From Octopus sinensis (lineage: Eukaryota), in the NCBI RefSeq assembly GCF_006345805.1, contig NC_043013.1:57908001-57972000 (forward strand): a stretch of 64,000 nt of DNA, in the 5' to 3' direction. A program made the translations under genes and the position numbers. Shown here piece after piece: positions 42,118 to 54,571 of this stretch. Below the pieces are notes generated by a model that was not told the DNA's origin, searched no databases, and saw only the letters and a list, made by a program, of their open reading frames with translations. Within the stretch, counting starts at the first letter, position 1; the number at the start of each line of letters is the position of its first letter.

Positions 42118-43690
42118 TAATTTTCCAGATACTCTATCTTCTAATTAGCCTTAAGATTAAATTAAATAACGTTTAATATTGATACCGTCAAAGTAGTCCT
42201 TAGGATTAAATTAAATAACGTTTAATATTGTTTAATATTGTTAATAATTATTGTTAATTAGCCTAAGATTAATTAAATAACGTTTAATATTGTTTAATAT
42301 TGTTAATAATTTTCAGATACTCTATCTTCTAATTAGCCTTAAGATTAAATTAAATAACGTTTAATATTAATAACGTCTAATTAGCCTTAGGATTAAATTA
42401 AATAACGTTTAATATGTTAATAATTATTGTTAATTAGCCTTAGGATAAATTAAATAACGTTTAATATTGTTTAATATTGTTAATAATTACTGTTAATTAG
42501 CCTTAAGATTAATTAAATAACGTTTAATATTGTTTAATATTGTTAATAATTATTGTTAATTAGCCTTAGGATTAAATTAATAACGTTTAATATTTGTAAT
42601 ATTGTTAATATTATTGTTAATTAGCCTTAATTAAATTAAATAACGTTTAATATTGTTTAATATTGTTAATAATTCTTCAGATACTTATCTTCTAATTAGC
42701 CTTAAATAAATAAATAACGTTTAATATTACCCACACTCTAATATAATATTAACATTGCTAATATATTTTCAGATACTCTATCTCCTGATTAGCCTTAAGA
42801 TTAAATAACGTTTTTATCCACACTCTAATATAATATTAATATTGCTAATATATTTTAAGATACTCTATCTTCTAATTAGCCTTAAGATTAAATTAAATAA
42901 CGTTTAATATTAATAACGTCTAATTAGCCTTAAGATTAAATTAAATAACGGTTAATATTGCTTAATATTGTATATATAATTTTTCAGATACTCTGTCTTC
43001 TAATTAGCCTTAAGATTAAATTAAATAACGTTTAATATTACCCACACTCTAATATAATATTAACATTGCTAATATATTTTCAGATACTCTATCTCCTGAT
43101 TAGCCTTAAGAGTAAATAACGTTTTTATCCACACTCTAATATAATATTAATATTGCTAATATATTTTCAGATACTCTATCTTCTAATTAGCCTTAAGATT
43201 AAATTAAATAACGTTTAATATTAATAACGTCTAATTAGCCTAAGATTAAATTAAATAACGGTTAATATTGCTTAATTTGTATATATAATTTTTCAGATAC
43301 TCTGTCTTCTAATTAGCCTTAAGATTAAATTAAATAACGTTTAATATTACCCACACTCTAATATAATATTAATATTGCTAATATATTTTCAGATACTCTA
43401 TCTCCAATTAGCCTAAGATTAAATAACGTTTTTTTACCCACACTCTAATATAATATTAATATTGCTAATATATTTTCAGATACTCTATCTCCTAATTAGC
43501 CTAAGATTAACAACGTTTTGATCCACACTCTAATATAATATTAATATTGCTAATACATTTTCAGATACTCTATCCCCTAATTAGCCTTAAGATTAAATAA
43601 CGTTTTTACCCAAATAACGTTTTTACACAAACTTTAATATTGTTAATATTTCTTTTTCAAGTACTCTATCTTCTAATTAGCCTTAATATC
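42118..43690. repeat. AT-rich tandem minisatellite array with ~64-bp and ~85-bp unit types
   Basis: Recurring core taattagccttaagattaaa(ttaaa)taacgttt, with cagatactctatct and ccacactctaatataatattaatattgctaat modules. Confidence 0.93.
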
Positions 43691-43747
43691 TTCCTGTCTT
43701 CTCTCGAACATAATTAGATAGATAAACGGATAGACGGATTATCCAGC

Positions 43748-46700
43748 ATGTCCAGAGCATGGAGACGTGACGAGCTGGATTTATTCGTACGAGCATGGGA
43801 GTGCGCCGGCGGAGATAGCCCTAGCGAGGTGATTGCGGCTGCGCTGAAGAGCAGAGGCTACAAGAGGACAGCGGCTCAGATGGAGCGAAAGAGACAGGAA
43901 TTCGTGCGCTCATATGCGCTTGTACGGTCGCACATTGGCGCACTTGATGCCATCTTTGAGAACGAGCGGGGCAAAGATGGCAAGAATGGAGACGATGAAA
44001 GAAGTCACCCCCACCTGGTGGACGCCCGGGAGGAGTTTTGAATGAGAAACCTGCCCGGGAAGTGAACCCAGGTGCAAGTTCTCCAACCGGCAGCAAGGGC
44101 CATGGAGACGGAGAACCCGGTGAAGAGGTAGAGGGAGGAAGAAGAACTAAAAGAAGGACTGGAAGAGCTAAAGGAAAAGAAAAAGCTCAAGCAGACCAAA
44201 GAGTGAAACAACCAGAATAGAAGTGGAACCGCAAAGGATGGAACCAAACAGCGCACACACACACGGGTGTGTATGTTCTACCTGAGAGGTTCCTGCTGGC
44301 ATGGAAAGGAAGGTGCAGGCTGCCGCTTTGCACACCGGGGACCCTGCCACAGAGACACGAGGCAGATGGACAAACCATCAACACAAAGAAAAGGGATGGA
44401 CCACGCACCACCTGCCCCAAAGCGGAGGTACGCAGATGTTGTGCGCGCCACAAACAGCCAACATGATGTTGTCGAAAGAGCAGCTGCTGAGCAACAATCT
44501 TTTTGTGCATGGCACAAAATTTGTACAGCAGCTGACCTGGCTTCATCAAACCCAAGCCCGCAGGTGGGACTACCCACTATATACCAGACCACCACAGCAA
44601 ACAGACACAGGATGGACACCGCCGGCAACAACGTACACCTCACCTCGATGCTTCTACTGAACATCAGAGGACTGCAAACACTCAGTACAGGACAAAGATC
44701 CCGTTCCTGAGAGACTTTGTTGCATGCAATCAAGCCTATGCATCGCACTTACAGAAACGCACCTGAAACCGGACATAGCAGATGCGGAGTTACACATACC
44801 ACAGTATGCTGTACTACGGACCGACAGGAAAGAAAGGAGTCATGGAGGTGTTGCTATGTACATCCGGGAGGACCTCACACCCCAGGTCCTCTTGTCATAC
44901 TCAAACTCGGTGTGTGACACACTAATTGTACATATTAGGCAACTTGATGTAGTTGTGTGTGCTACATATCGCCCTCCAGATGCCCCAAGCCATGTGGGCA
45001 AGTTTGAAGACTGCCTTATAAAAATAGAAGAAATTCTAACCACATTAGAACAACACATAGGTGTGCTTCTTATGGGAGACTTCAGTCTGCCCAATGTCAG
45101 ATGGCCCGAGGGCCTTTCTCTCCCAGGAATGACAAGATGTGAACGAGGACAGGCGAGGTCCCTCCTGAACCACATCAACACCCTGTACATGGAGCAGGTA
45201 ATACTCCAACCAACCAGGGCAGGTAACACACGGGATCTCTGCTTCACAAATGACATGGATCTCATCCATAATGTGAAAGTGACACCGACACTACTCTCGG
45301 ATCACAACATGATAGAGCTGACCATGTACGGGCCAAAAGAGAGCACGGACATGCAGCCTACAAGAAACCCTCAAAATCTTTCCAGCTTGAACTACCACAA
45401 GGCAAACTGGAAACAAATTGAGAAAGAGATCCTCAAACAAAACTGGCCTAAATGTCTCTCCTCGCCAGACATCGACGTGAAACTTCAACAATTCATGTCT
45501 GTAATGCAAGCCATATGCTACAAATGTGTCCCAGAGAGAAAGGCCACTGTACACAAGAACAAAATCCCCAGAGAGAGGAAAATTTTAATGAGACGGCGTA
45601 CGAAATTTTCAAATCGCCTGAACAAACAGATTGAAAGCAGTGAAAAGTCCCGCCTAAAAATAAAACTGTTGGAAATCGAAAAATGTCTGCAACTCTCCCA
45701 TGAAAAAGAAAGAGCAGACAAAGAAGCCTGGGCTATAGAAAACATAAAATCTAACCCCAGAGCTTTCTACAGGTATGCCAAAGAAACAGCTACGGTGCAC
45801 TGTAGAATAGGGCCACTCCTCGAAAAGGATGGCACACTTACAGGAAAACCAATGAGGGTAAGTGAAATACTGAATGAGCAATTCAAGAGTGTTTTCACTC
45901 CACCCCTTGGGCATCTCCAAATCACCAATCCAACTGACTTTTTTACCACTGCAGATATAAAATCAGAGGCGGCGACGATAGATTACATCGATATAAAGGA
46001 AGACGATGTAACCAAGGCTATAGATGAAAGGAAAAAGACTCAGCTACTGGCCCCGATGGATTCCCGGCAATCCTCCTAAAAGCATGTAAGAGAGTCCTAG
46101 CAAGACCACTGCAGTTCCTCTTTCAGAGCTTCCTTGCAGCTGGCAAACTCCCAAGAAAACTGAAGGAAGGTAAAATATGCCTCATTCATAAAGGCGGTAG
46201 CAGAGCGGAAGCCAAGAACTATAGACCTATCTCTCTGACCTCACACATCAGCAAGGTCATGGAACGAATAGTCAGAAGGAAGCTGATCACCTTCCTTGAA
46301 GAAAATGACTTGATGCCCGACACCCAACATGGTTTCCGACCAGGGAGAAGCTGTTTAACTCCTACAACACTATGACTGGGTGCTGAAACGGCTGCTCAAC
46401 CACTCAAATGTGGAAGTGATATATCTCGACTTTGCAAAGGCCTTTGATAAAGTCGATCATGGAATGATATGTCACAAACTGCGTGATCTCAACATAGTTG
46501 GAAAACTGGGAGAATGTCTTCATGACTTTCTGAAGGATAGAAGTCTGGTGGTAGTAGCCAATGGGGCCACCTCCATTAACACACAAATAGTGAGCGGTGT
46601 TCCGCAGGGCACTGTCCTGGGACCACTACTGTTCATAATGGCCCTTTCAGACATGCCCTCAGCCACGCAGAGAGCCACGATCTCAAGTTATGCAGATGAT

Positions 46701-47684
46701 ACAAAAGTTTCACAGGCAATACAGAACCCTGAGGACACTAAACACCTGCAATGTGAGCTGGACGAAATATACAAGTGGGCTGAAAAGAATAGCATGCAGT
46801 TCAATGCTGGAAAGTTTCAAGCTTTATACTATCAGCATGAAAAACTGAATGCAATACCCAATGAATACACTGGACCCGGAGGGATTGCAATCCCAGAGGC
46901 ACAATCAGTGCGTGACCTGGGTATTCACATGAGTGATGACGCGACCTTTCATGTACATGTTGCTAAACTGACAATGAAATGTAGACGGCTGGCTGGATGG
47001 ATTCTTAGAACCTTTAGAACAAGAGAACAAGAAACCATGATGGTCCTCTGGAAGACACTTGTCCTAAGCCACTTTGACTATTGCTCTCAGCTATGGTCAC
47101 CATCCAGTGTCAAGTTGATCACAGAACTTGAGGCGATCCAACGAAGCTACACAAAGAAGATAGCCTCTATGCAGAATGTAAGCTACTGGGAAAGACTCAA
47201 GAGATTAAAATTATATCCCTGGAGCGTAGGCGGGAAAGATATGCCATAATAACATCTGGAAGATCCTGGAGGGAAGTGTCCTGAACTTTGGCATCGAGAG
47301 TTACGCAAATGCCAGAACTGGGCGCCACTGCGTGGTGCCTAGGACTCCAAAGCTGCCATCAAGATGTAGGACAAGATTCTGTGATAGCCTGGGCTTCCGA
47401 GGCCCACAGCTCTTCAATATCCTCCCGATGAACCTGAGAGACCTGCATGGGGTGGATACAGATGTCTTTAAAATGAAGCTGGATCTCTTCCTGTCAGGTG
47501 TCCCAGATGAACCAACTTCACGGCAGGAGGAGCAGATGAGGGCAGCTGCATCGAACTCTCTCATGCACCAAATAGCAGTTGCTAGAAAGCCTCCATGAAG
47601 TGAAACCAAGTAGCAACACCAAATGGCGGTGCCCCAGCATGGCCACAGCTCATAAGCTGAAACTAGAATCAATCAATCAATCAA
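43748..47684 (+). mobile_element. CR1-group LINE copy 2, apparently full-length coding region (Myb/SANT-like + CCCH ORF1, APE, RT)
   Basis: ORF start MSRAWRRDEL at 43748; CCCH at 44270-44335; APE ORF 44724-46079; RT ORF 46380-47249 with YLDFAKAFDKV and SYADDTKV; (AATC)n tail at ~47667-47682. Confidence 0.96.
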
Positions 47685-48518
47685 TATATAATATGCTATA
47701 TATAATATATATATATGCATATATATATATATGCATATATATATATATTATTGCATATATATATATAATGCATATATAATTTATATATATAATATATATA
47801 TGAATATATATATATGTGCATATATATACATATGCATATATATACATATATATATATATATGCATATATATATATAATGCTATAAATATATATATATATG
47901 CATATATTACATATATATATATATATGCATATATATATATGCATATTAAAAGATATATATATATATGCATATATATATATTCATATATATATATATCAGC
48001 ATATATATATATAATCATATATATATATATATATGCATATAATATATATATACATGCATATATATATATATATGCAATATATATATATATATATATATGC
48101 ATATATATAACAATAAATATATATATGCATATATATATAATATATATATATATATGCATATATATATACATATATATATACATATACATATATATATATA
48201 TGCATATATATATACATATATATTATATATGCATATATATATACATATATATATATATACATACACATATATATATATAATACATATATATATATATATA
48301 ATATATATATATACATATACATAAACATATACATATTATATACATATCATATATATATATATACATATACATTATATTATATATACATATATATATATAA
48401 CTATATATATATATATATATATAATATATATTACATATATATACATATACATATATATATACATATTATATACATATACATATATATATATATATTATTT
48501 ATACATATATACATATAC

Positions 48519-48550
<32 letters not shown>

Positions 48551-48617
48551 ACATATATATATACATATATATATATATTATAAATATATATATATAATTG
48601 CATATAATATATATATA
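47685..48617. repeat. Compound (TA)n-TGCA/TACA microsatellite array
   Basis: Direct inspection. Confidence 0.97.
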
Positions 48618-50727
48618 TTGTGAAATAGAAAATGAAAATAATCTTGTTGCAGATTAAACAAAAGTTTAGTGCCATATCATTTTAGTTGCCAGGAAATCGT
48701 TTATTAAGTTTGATAATAAGTTGTGGATCCGTAAAGATACTCCCAATGAATTTGATGTGCCTATGTGTAGTTCGGATAGTTCGCAGATAGCCGATTTGGT
48801 CGGAATATATATTCTCTACGAATTGTCCGACCAGTTCCCGGAGATCGCGGGCGGCCTGTATCGTGACGATTGTCTGTTTTACCTGCAAAACACCACGAAC
48901 AGAATAGTGCAGAAAACTAAGAGCAGGTTAGCTAGGTTTTTTAATAGAATGGGCATGATTATAGTTTTTGATAATGAACTCACCAAGGCTAATTTCCTAG
49001 ACGTTACACTTAACCTTAATAGCGACTCATACTGCCCTTACTATAAGCCTTCCACTAATTTGAAGTATGTCAGTGTCTTCTCCAATCATGCCAAAACCGT
49101 AACAGACAATTTGGTTAAAAACATCTCTCTAAGATTGTCTAACTTGTCCGCTAGTGCCGATATTTTTATGCAGAAAGCGGAATTTTATAACGCCGCACTA
49201 TCCAAGGCCGGTTATAGGCAGAAGGTAATTTATATTGATCCAGCCCTTCCGATGCCATCATTCGGTCATCAGGATAGGGCCGTCTATAATAACATTAATA
49301 ATTTAAGTAGTGACGGGAGGGCGGCGGGCGCTGGGGCAGTCGCTCCCGCATTTAATTTAGCGAACAAGGATAATTATCGGTCCGGGGGATCTCACACTAA
49401 CCCAAAACCCGTTATTCATCCGAGAATCACCCACCCGAATGCGAGAGCTGGCGTCCCGACCCATCACATAAATAGGAATAATCATATATGGTTTGTAATT
49501 CCCTTTGGTAAGCAGATTAGAACTAACCTCCCCCTCATGTTCGACAAGCCATCGCCAATACTTCCCCAGAAATTCCACATATTACTCCACGGTTAACTCG
49601 CATAAAGTTAGGATAGCTTTCTCCAACACTAAAAACCTCGCCCAGATAATCGCCTCCCATAATAATAGGCTGCTTACTAGACCCTATCACCTTTTTCCGG
49701 AGGCACAGCTTCTTCCGCTCCCGGTTTAACGCTCAGTAGGAATAATAATAGTAGTAATAATGATATGAGAGCCAGTACAGTGACTCATAATCTCAGCTCC
49801 AACCAGGATTAGATACTAGGGGTATAGTTATAAATAAGGGTGTTGTCATTGACGGTAACGATGGCAGTAGTGAGGTGAGGCAGCTCGGCTCGTTAGGGTA
49901 GAGAGTCCCAATAGCAACTCCAGCATCGTTTCCGGCAATAGCAGCGCCACGGGCACTAGCAATGACAGCACTCTGAGTGATAGTGTAGATTCAGCGGTTA
50001 TTCCGTAGTTAATAGTGACGTAGTGGAAAATAAAGTAGTAAGCGGCTGCAGTTCTCGCAACAAATATAGTAACAGTAACGCAGTTCTAATTTCAGAAACT
50101 AATCCTAATAGAATAAGTTTCACGTCGGTGAACTCCAAGATCAGAAACGCCGTCTACCATGTAAGGTTTACACGGACTCAGATGTCTACGCTTATGTCGG
50201 GGCCTCATCGTCAAGATTGGCCTCACGAATCTCCAACCATTACGCAACTTTTCGAGACGTGAATAAATGCCAGACCACGGGACTTAGCAAGCTAATATGG
50301 CGATTGAAGAATACGAACTCAAGCTACAGACTGGAATAGTCAATTTTGTCGGTGGCCCTCCCATTTGACAGGGGCAGAAGGAAGTGCAACCTTTGTGTCT
50401 CCGAACTCTTCCATATATTGTTCGCCAGAGACCGGATGGTAAACGGACTTTTACAGTCGGCTTTTCGATGCCCCCATTGGCGGCCTTATACTTATCTTGC
50501 TTATAAATAACGCTTAAAATAATACCTGCACCCGGTTACACTACTTATATGAAAATAGCCCTTGGAAATAAATTCTGAAATAGCTTTTAAGAGAAATATG
50601 ATTAACCATTGCAAGGGGAATTACTCCTGGGAGACGAATGGTGGTTTGTTTTTGACGACGGGGGGTTTCTTTGACAAGGCATGATTAGACGAACACACGC
50701 ACACATAAAATATTTTTCTGCCACCCG

Positions 50728-50775
50728 ACTGATTTTACAGCAGTGACCATTACTGATTTTACAGCAGTGACCATT
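50728..50775. repeat. Perfect 24-bp tandem duplication
   Basis: actgattttacagcagtgaccatt x2. Confidence 0.95.
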
Positions 50776-51079
50776 GTGTAGGGCTGTTTACGTACACACA
50801 CACATGTTCCTAAGTAGATTTTTCTCGCCCCATATAATACACCTAATATTCTTTAAATAGTCAGAACTTTAGTCTCGATCACAAAGAACATCTAAGCACC
50901 CCGTGCTCTCACCCACTGGAATGACCGCTGCCTGACCCGTTAAAATCTTCAACGCACCCACCACCCGTTTTCAACATACATTGATAAACAGTTTGGCCAT
51001 GGGCTCTTAGGAGCCTCGTTCGATTTGTTTTGCTCCGCCTCTGTTCTGTTTTTGTTTTTTCCAACGGATTTCCTATTTC

Positions 51080-51159
51080 TTCCTGAAGAGAAAGACACAA
51101 TATGGTCTCCTTATTCAATCGGAATTTGGTAAATTGTGCCTTTCGAAACACGTGTAGAA
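51080..51159 (+). ncRNA. Type-I hammerhead ribozyme motif with extended stem II
   Basis: ttc-CTGAAGA-gaaag a cacaat [loop] attgtg c ctttc-GAAAC-ac-gt-GTA-gaa; stem III is the perfect palindrome acacgtgt. Confidence 0.72.
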
Positions 51160-51212
51160 TGCAATAAAACGATTTCTGTTCAATCTTCGTTCAACTCCAT
51201 TTCTTCAATTCA

Positions 51213-51608
<396 letters not shown>

Positions 51609-52687
51609 TGCAGAAATACACATGCCGCAATATGCAGTCATACGCACAGATAGAAAAGGGAGGAGCCATGGTGGAGTTGCAATGTACATCCGAGATGACC
51701 TCACGCCCCAGGTCCTGCTGTCATATTCAAACTCAGTATGTGAAACTCAATTTGTACACATAAGACAACTGAATATCGTCATATGCACTACATATCGCCC
51801 ACCAGATGCCCCAAAACACTCAGGCATGTTTGAAGACTGCCTAACAAAAATAGGAGAAGTCCTCACCAACCTTGAACAGCACAACGGTGTATTCTTCATG
51901 GGTGACTTTAACCTCCCCAATGTGGAATGGCCTGGGGGGCAGATGCTCCCAGTGATGACACACAATCAGCAGGCACAGGTGGAGTCCCTGCTCCATCTCA
52001 CAAATGCCTCTTTCATGGAGCAAATCGTTCTGCAACCAACAAGGGCAGATAATATACTGGATCTCTGCTTCACAAACAATATGGATATTATCCATAATGT
52101 TAATGTGATGCCGACAATGATCTTGGATCACAACATAATAGAGCTGTCTATGTATGGAACAAAAGCCCCCGCAGACACACAGCCTATACGAAGCACCCAC
52201 CATCTCTCCAACTTAAACTTTCATAAAGCCAACTGGAAGTCGATTGAGAAAGAGATCCTCAAAGGATTGGCCTGAATGTCTCTCCACACCGGACATAACA
52301 TGAAACACAAACACTTCATGTCCATAATACAAGCCATATGTGACAAATATGTCCCAATGTGCAGGGCCAGCACACACAAGAACAAAAACAGGATCCCTAG
52401 AGAAAGGAGGATTCTTATGAGACGACAGACAAGGATTGCAAACCGCCTGAGCAAGCACACCAAAAGTGGTGAGAAGTCTCGGCTCGAAAGAATGCTAATG
52501 GAAACTGAGAAAAGTCTACATCAGTCCCATGAAAAGGAGAGAGCAGATAAAGAAGCTTGGGTAATAGAAAATATAAAATCAAATCCTAAAGCTTTCTTTA
52601 AGTTTGCCAAAGAGACAGCCACAGTGCACCAGAGAATAGGATCTCTCTTCCAAAAAGATGGCTCTCTCACAGGAAATCCCACGAGGA
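51609..52687 (+). mobile_element. CR1-group LINE copy 3 (diverged subfamily; APE region only), cut by the assembly gap
   Basis: [26 protein letters not shown]...MGDFNLP...NILDLCF, homologous to copies 1 and 2. Confidence 0.92.
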
Positions 52688-52787
52688 NNNNNNNNNNNNN
52701 NNNNNNNNNNNNNNNNNNNNNNNNNNNNNNNNNNNNNNNNNNNNNNNNNNNNNNNNNNNNNNNNNNNNNNNNNNNNNNNNNNNNNNN
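52688..52787. other. Assembly gap (100 N)
   Basis: Run of N. Confidence 1.
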
Positions 52788-53022
52788 GTACGTAGGATCG
52801 CGGTTTCGATTCCCAGACCGGGAAAACACCTAAAAGCTCCACATGGCTCCGGCAGGGGTGGTGATTCCTGCTGTACTCTTTCACCACACTTTCTCTCACT
52901 CTTCTGTTCGTCTGCTCGCTTAGCCAGCGGGGTGGCGTCATTCGAAGGCTAAAACAATGCGATCGCATTGTGCCCAGCGATTTGTAACATCTGATGGTTT
53001 GGTCGGTCACGTGATCACGTGA
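52788..53022 (+). mobile_element. SINE-like element (family C-like), start hidden by the gap
   Basis: B-box-like ggtttcgattccc, ending tcacgtgatcacgtga before (TA)n. Confidence 0.55.
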
Positions 53023-53034
53023 TATATATAGACT

Positions 53035-53603
53035 AGGTAATTTGATCCATAAACATGACTCCGATTTCAGAGGAATTCAAAGAACAAGTATATACAGGTT
53101 ACATTAAAAATATATAAATACATAGACATCTGCTAAAAATCTATATATAAATATATTAAAAGTATATATGTAATATGATATTTCCTGTGTCCCTTTTCCT
53201 CACACCAAGGCTTCCTAGGGCTAAACAGCGGTGGTGTGATTCCCTTACAGGACTGTCACATTAAGTTGACATTATACAATCACTCTATCGCTATCCCACC
53301 GTACATATCTCTATGAGATATTTAGAAATTTAATATTTCTGATTTTGTAATATAATAGATTTTTTTTTTAACGTTAGGTGTAGACATAAATATATTAAAA
53401 CACATGTATACTTAAATATATTGAAGATCTGAAGTAGTAATGAAAGCGAAACATAAGATACCAGAATGAAAGGAATTAAAAGTCAGGATAATTAAGGGTA
53501 CCCTATTTTAACTATTTTTGTCTATGTATTTGTGTATTTTTAATGTATCAGACTTGTTGTTTGAATTCCTCTGAAATCAGTGATGTTCAGGATTAAATTA
53601 CCT
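53035..53603. mobile_element. MITE-like element with ~55-bp imperfect TIRs
   Basis: Left aggtaatttgatcc..gatttcagaggaattcaaagaacaagt versus right reverse complement aggtaatttaatcc..gatttcagaggaattcaaacaacaagt; AT-rich non-coding interior. Confidence 0.8.
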
Positions 53604-54478
53604 GCTCTTACGCTTCTTCATATATTTTTAACTTTTGTCTCAAGTTCCTCTTGAGCACTTCTAAGTGCAAACCTTAAGTTTGTGAGAGAATTTCAGATTA
53701 ATCATATTCTTTCTCAAAGCGATTATACAAACATACATACATACATACATACATACATACATACATACATACATACATACATACATACACATTTACATAC
53801 ACACATACATACAGATAATGTATATGAATGTATATCATGTAAAATATGTGTGAATACATATATCAAAGGATCAAGTTGTGATATATATCCTGGTCCTCTT
53901 ATAACGATAGCAAGGTATGATATGAAGACGGCAGCGTCTGATACAAGCAAGTATTCGTTTCTTGGCGTTGTTGCTGTTATTTTTTAACCCAGGTTAGCTC
54001 TGATCTAGAAAACTAATGGTTAGAAACGTTCGAGCCGTAATCCTCCGGTCATTTCCCATATCAAGTAATACATAATCTAAGGCATCCTTTATTAAAAGCG
54101 TATTATATTTCTAGGTCAGTTTCGGCCTCTTCTTCTCAACCTCACAAGACGTTATCGTTTCTCTCCACACCAAGTCAGGCTGCATTGCATTAACGCCGAA
54201 TGACATACATTAAACTCAGGATATTATCTCATATCTACTATTAACTTGTTTTAGCTCTTCAAACCCGTAAGACAATTATTCTTCTAGTAAGGTGCTGCTA
54301 TCTCTTTAACAATCTGATTCTCATTTTTCCAAACGGAACGTTTCAAACAACAGAAAGAAACATTGAATTACTCTTTGAAATAAACAGAGGCAGAATGTGC
54401 GTAGACTATAGAGATTGCGAATCACATTACAGCTGAATTTATGTAGACACAAGCATAAACACGTACACACATTTGGTT

Positions 54479-54571
<93 letters not shown>

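Larger units (their letters stand above)
48618..51212 (+). mobile_element. 5'-truncated Penelope-like element (RT, C-terminal GIY-YIG endonuclease, 3' pLTR-like region), disrupted
   Basis: FDVPMCSSD..IADLVGIYIL, GLYRDD (YRDD at 48859-48870), NFLDVTLNL, SNH, HIWF..PF, IAFSNTKNLAQIIASHN. GIY-YIG-like AVYH...YVG..RISNHY..LSKLIWRLK..KCNLCVSE at ~50150-50425. Hammerhead motif downstream. Confidence 0.88.

Noticed and set aside
42118-43690. CRISPR-like appearance of the repeat array
   Set aside because: No unique spacers; units are degenerate tandem copies in eukaryotic DNA.
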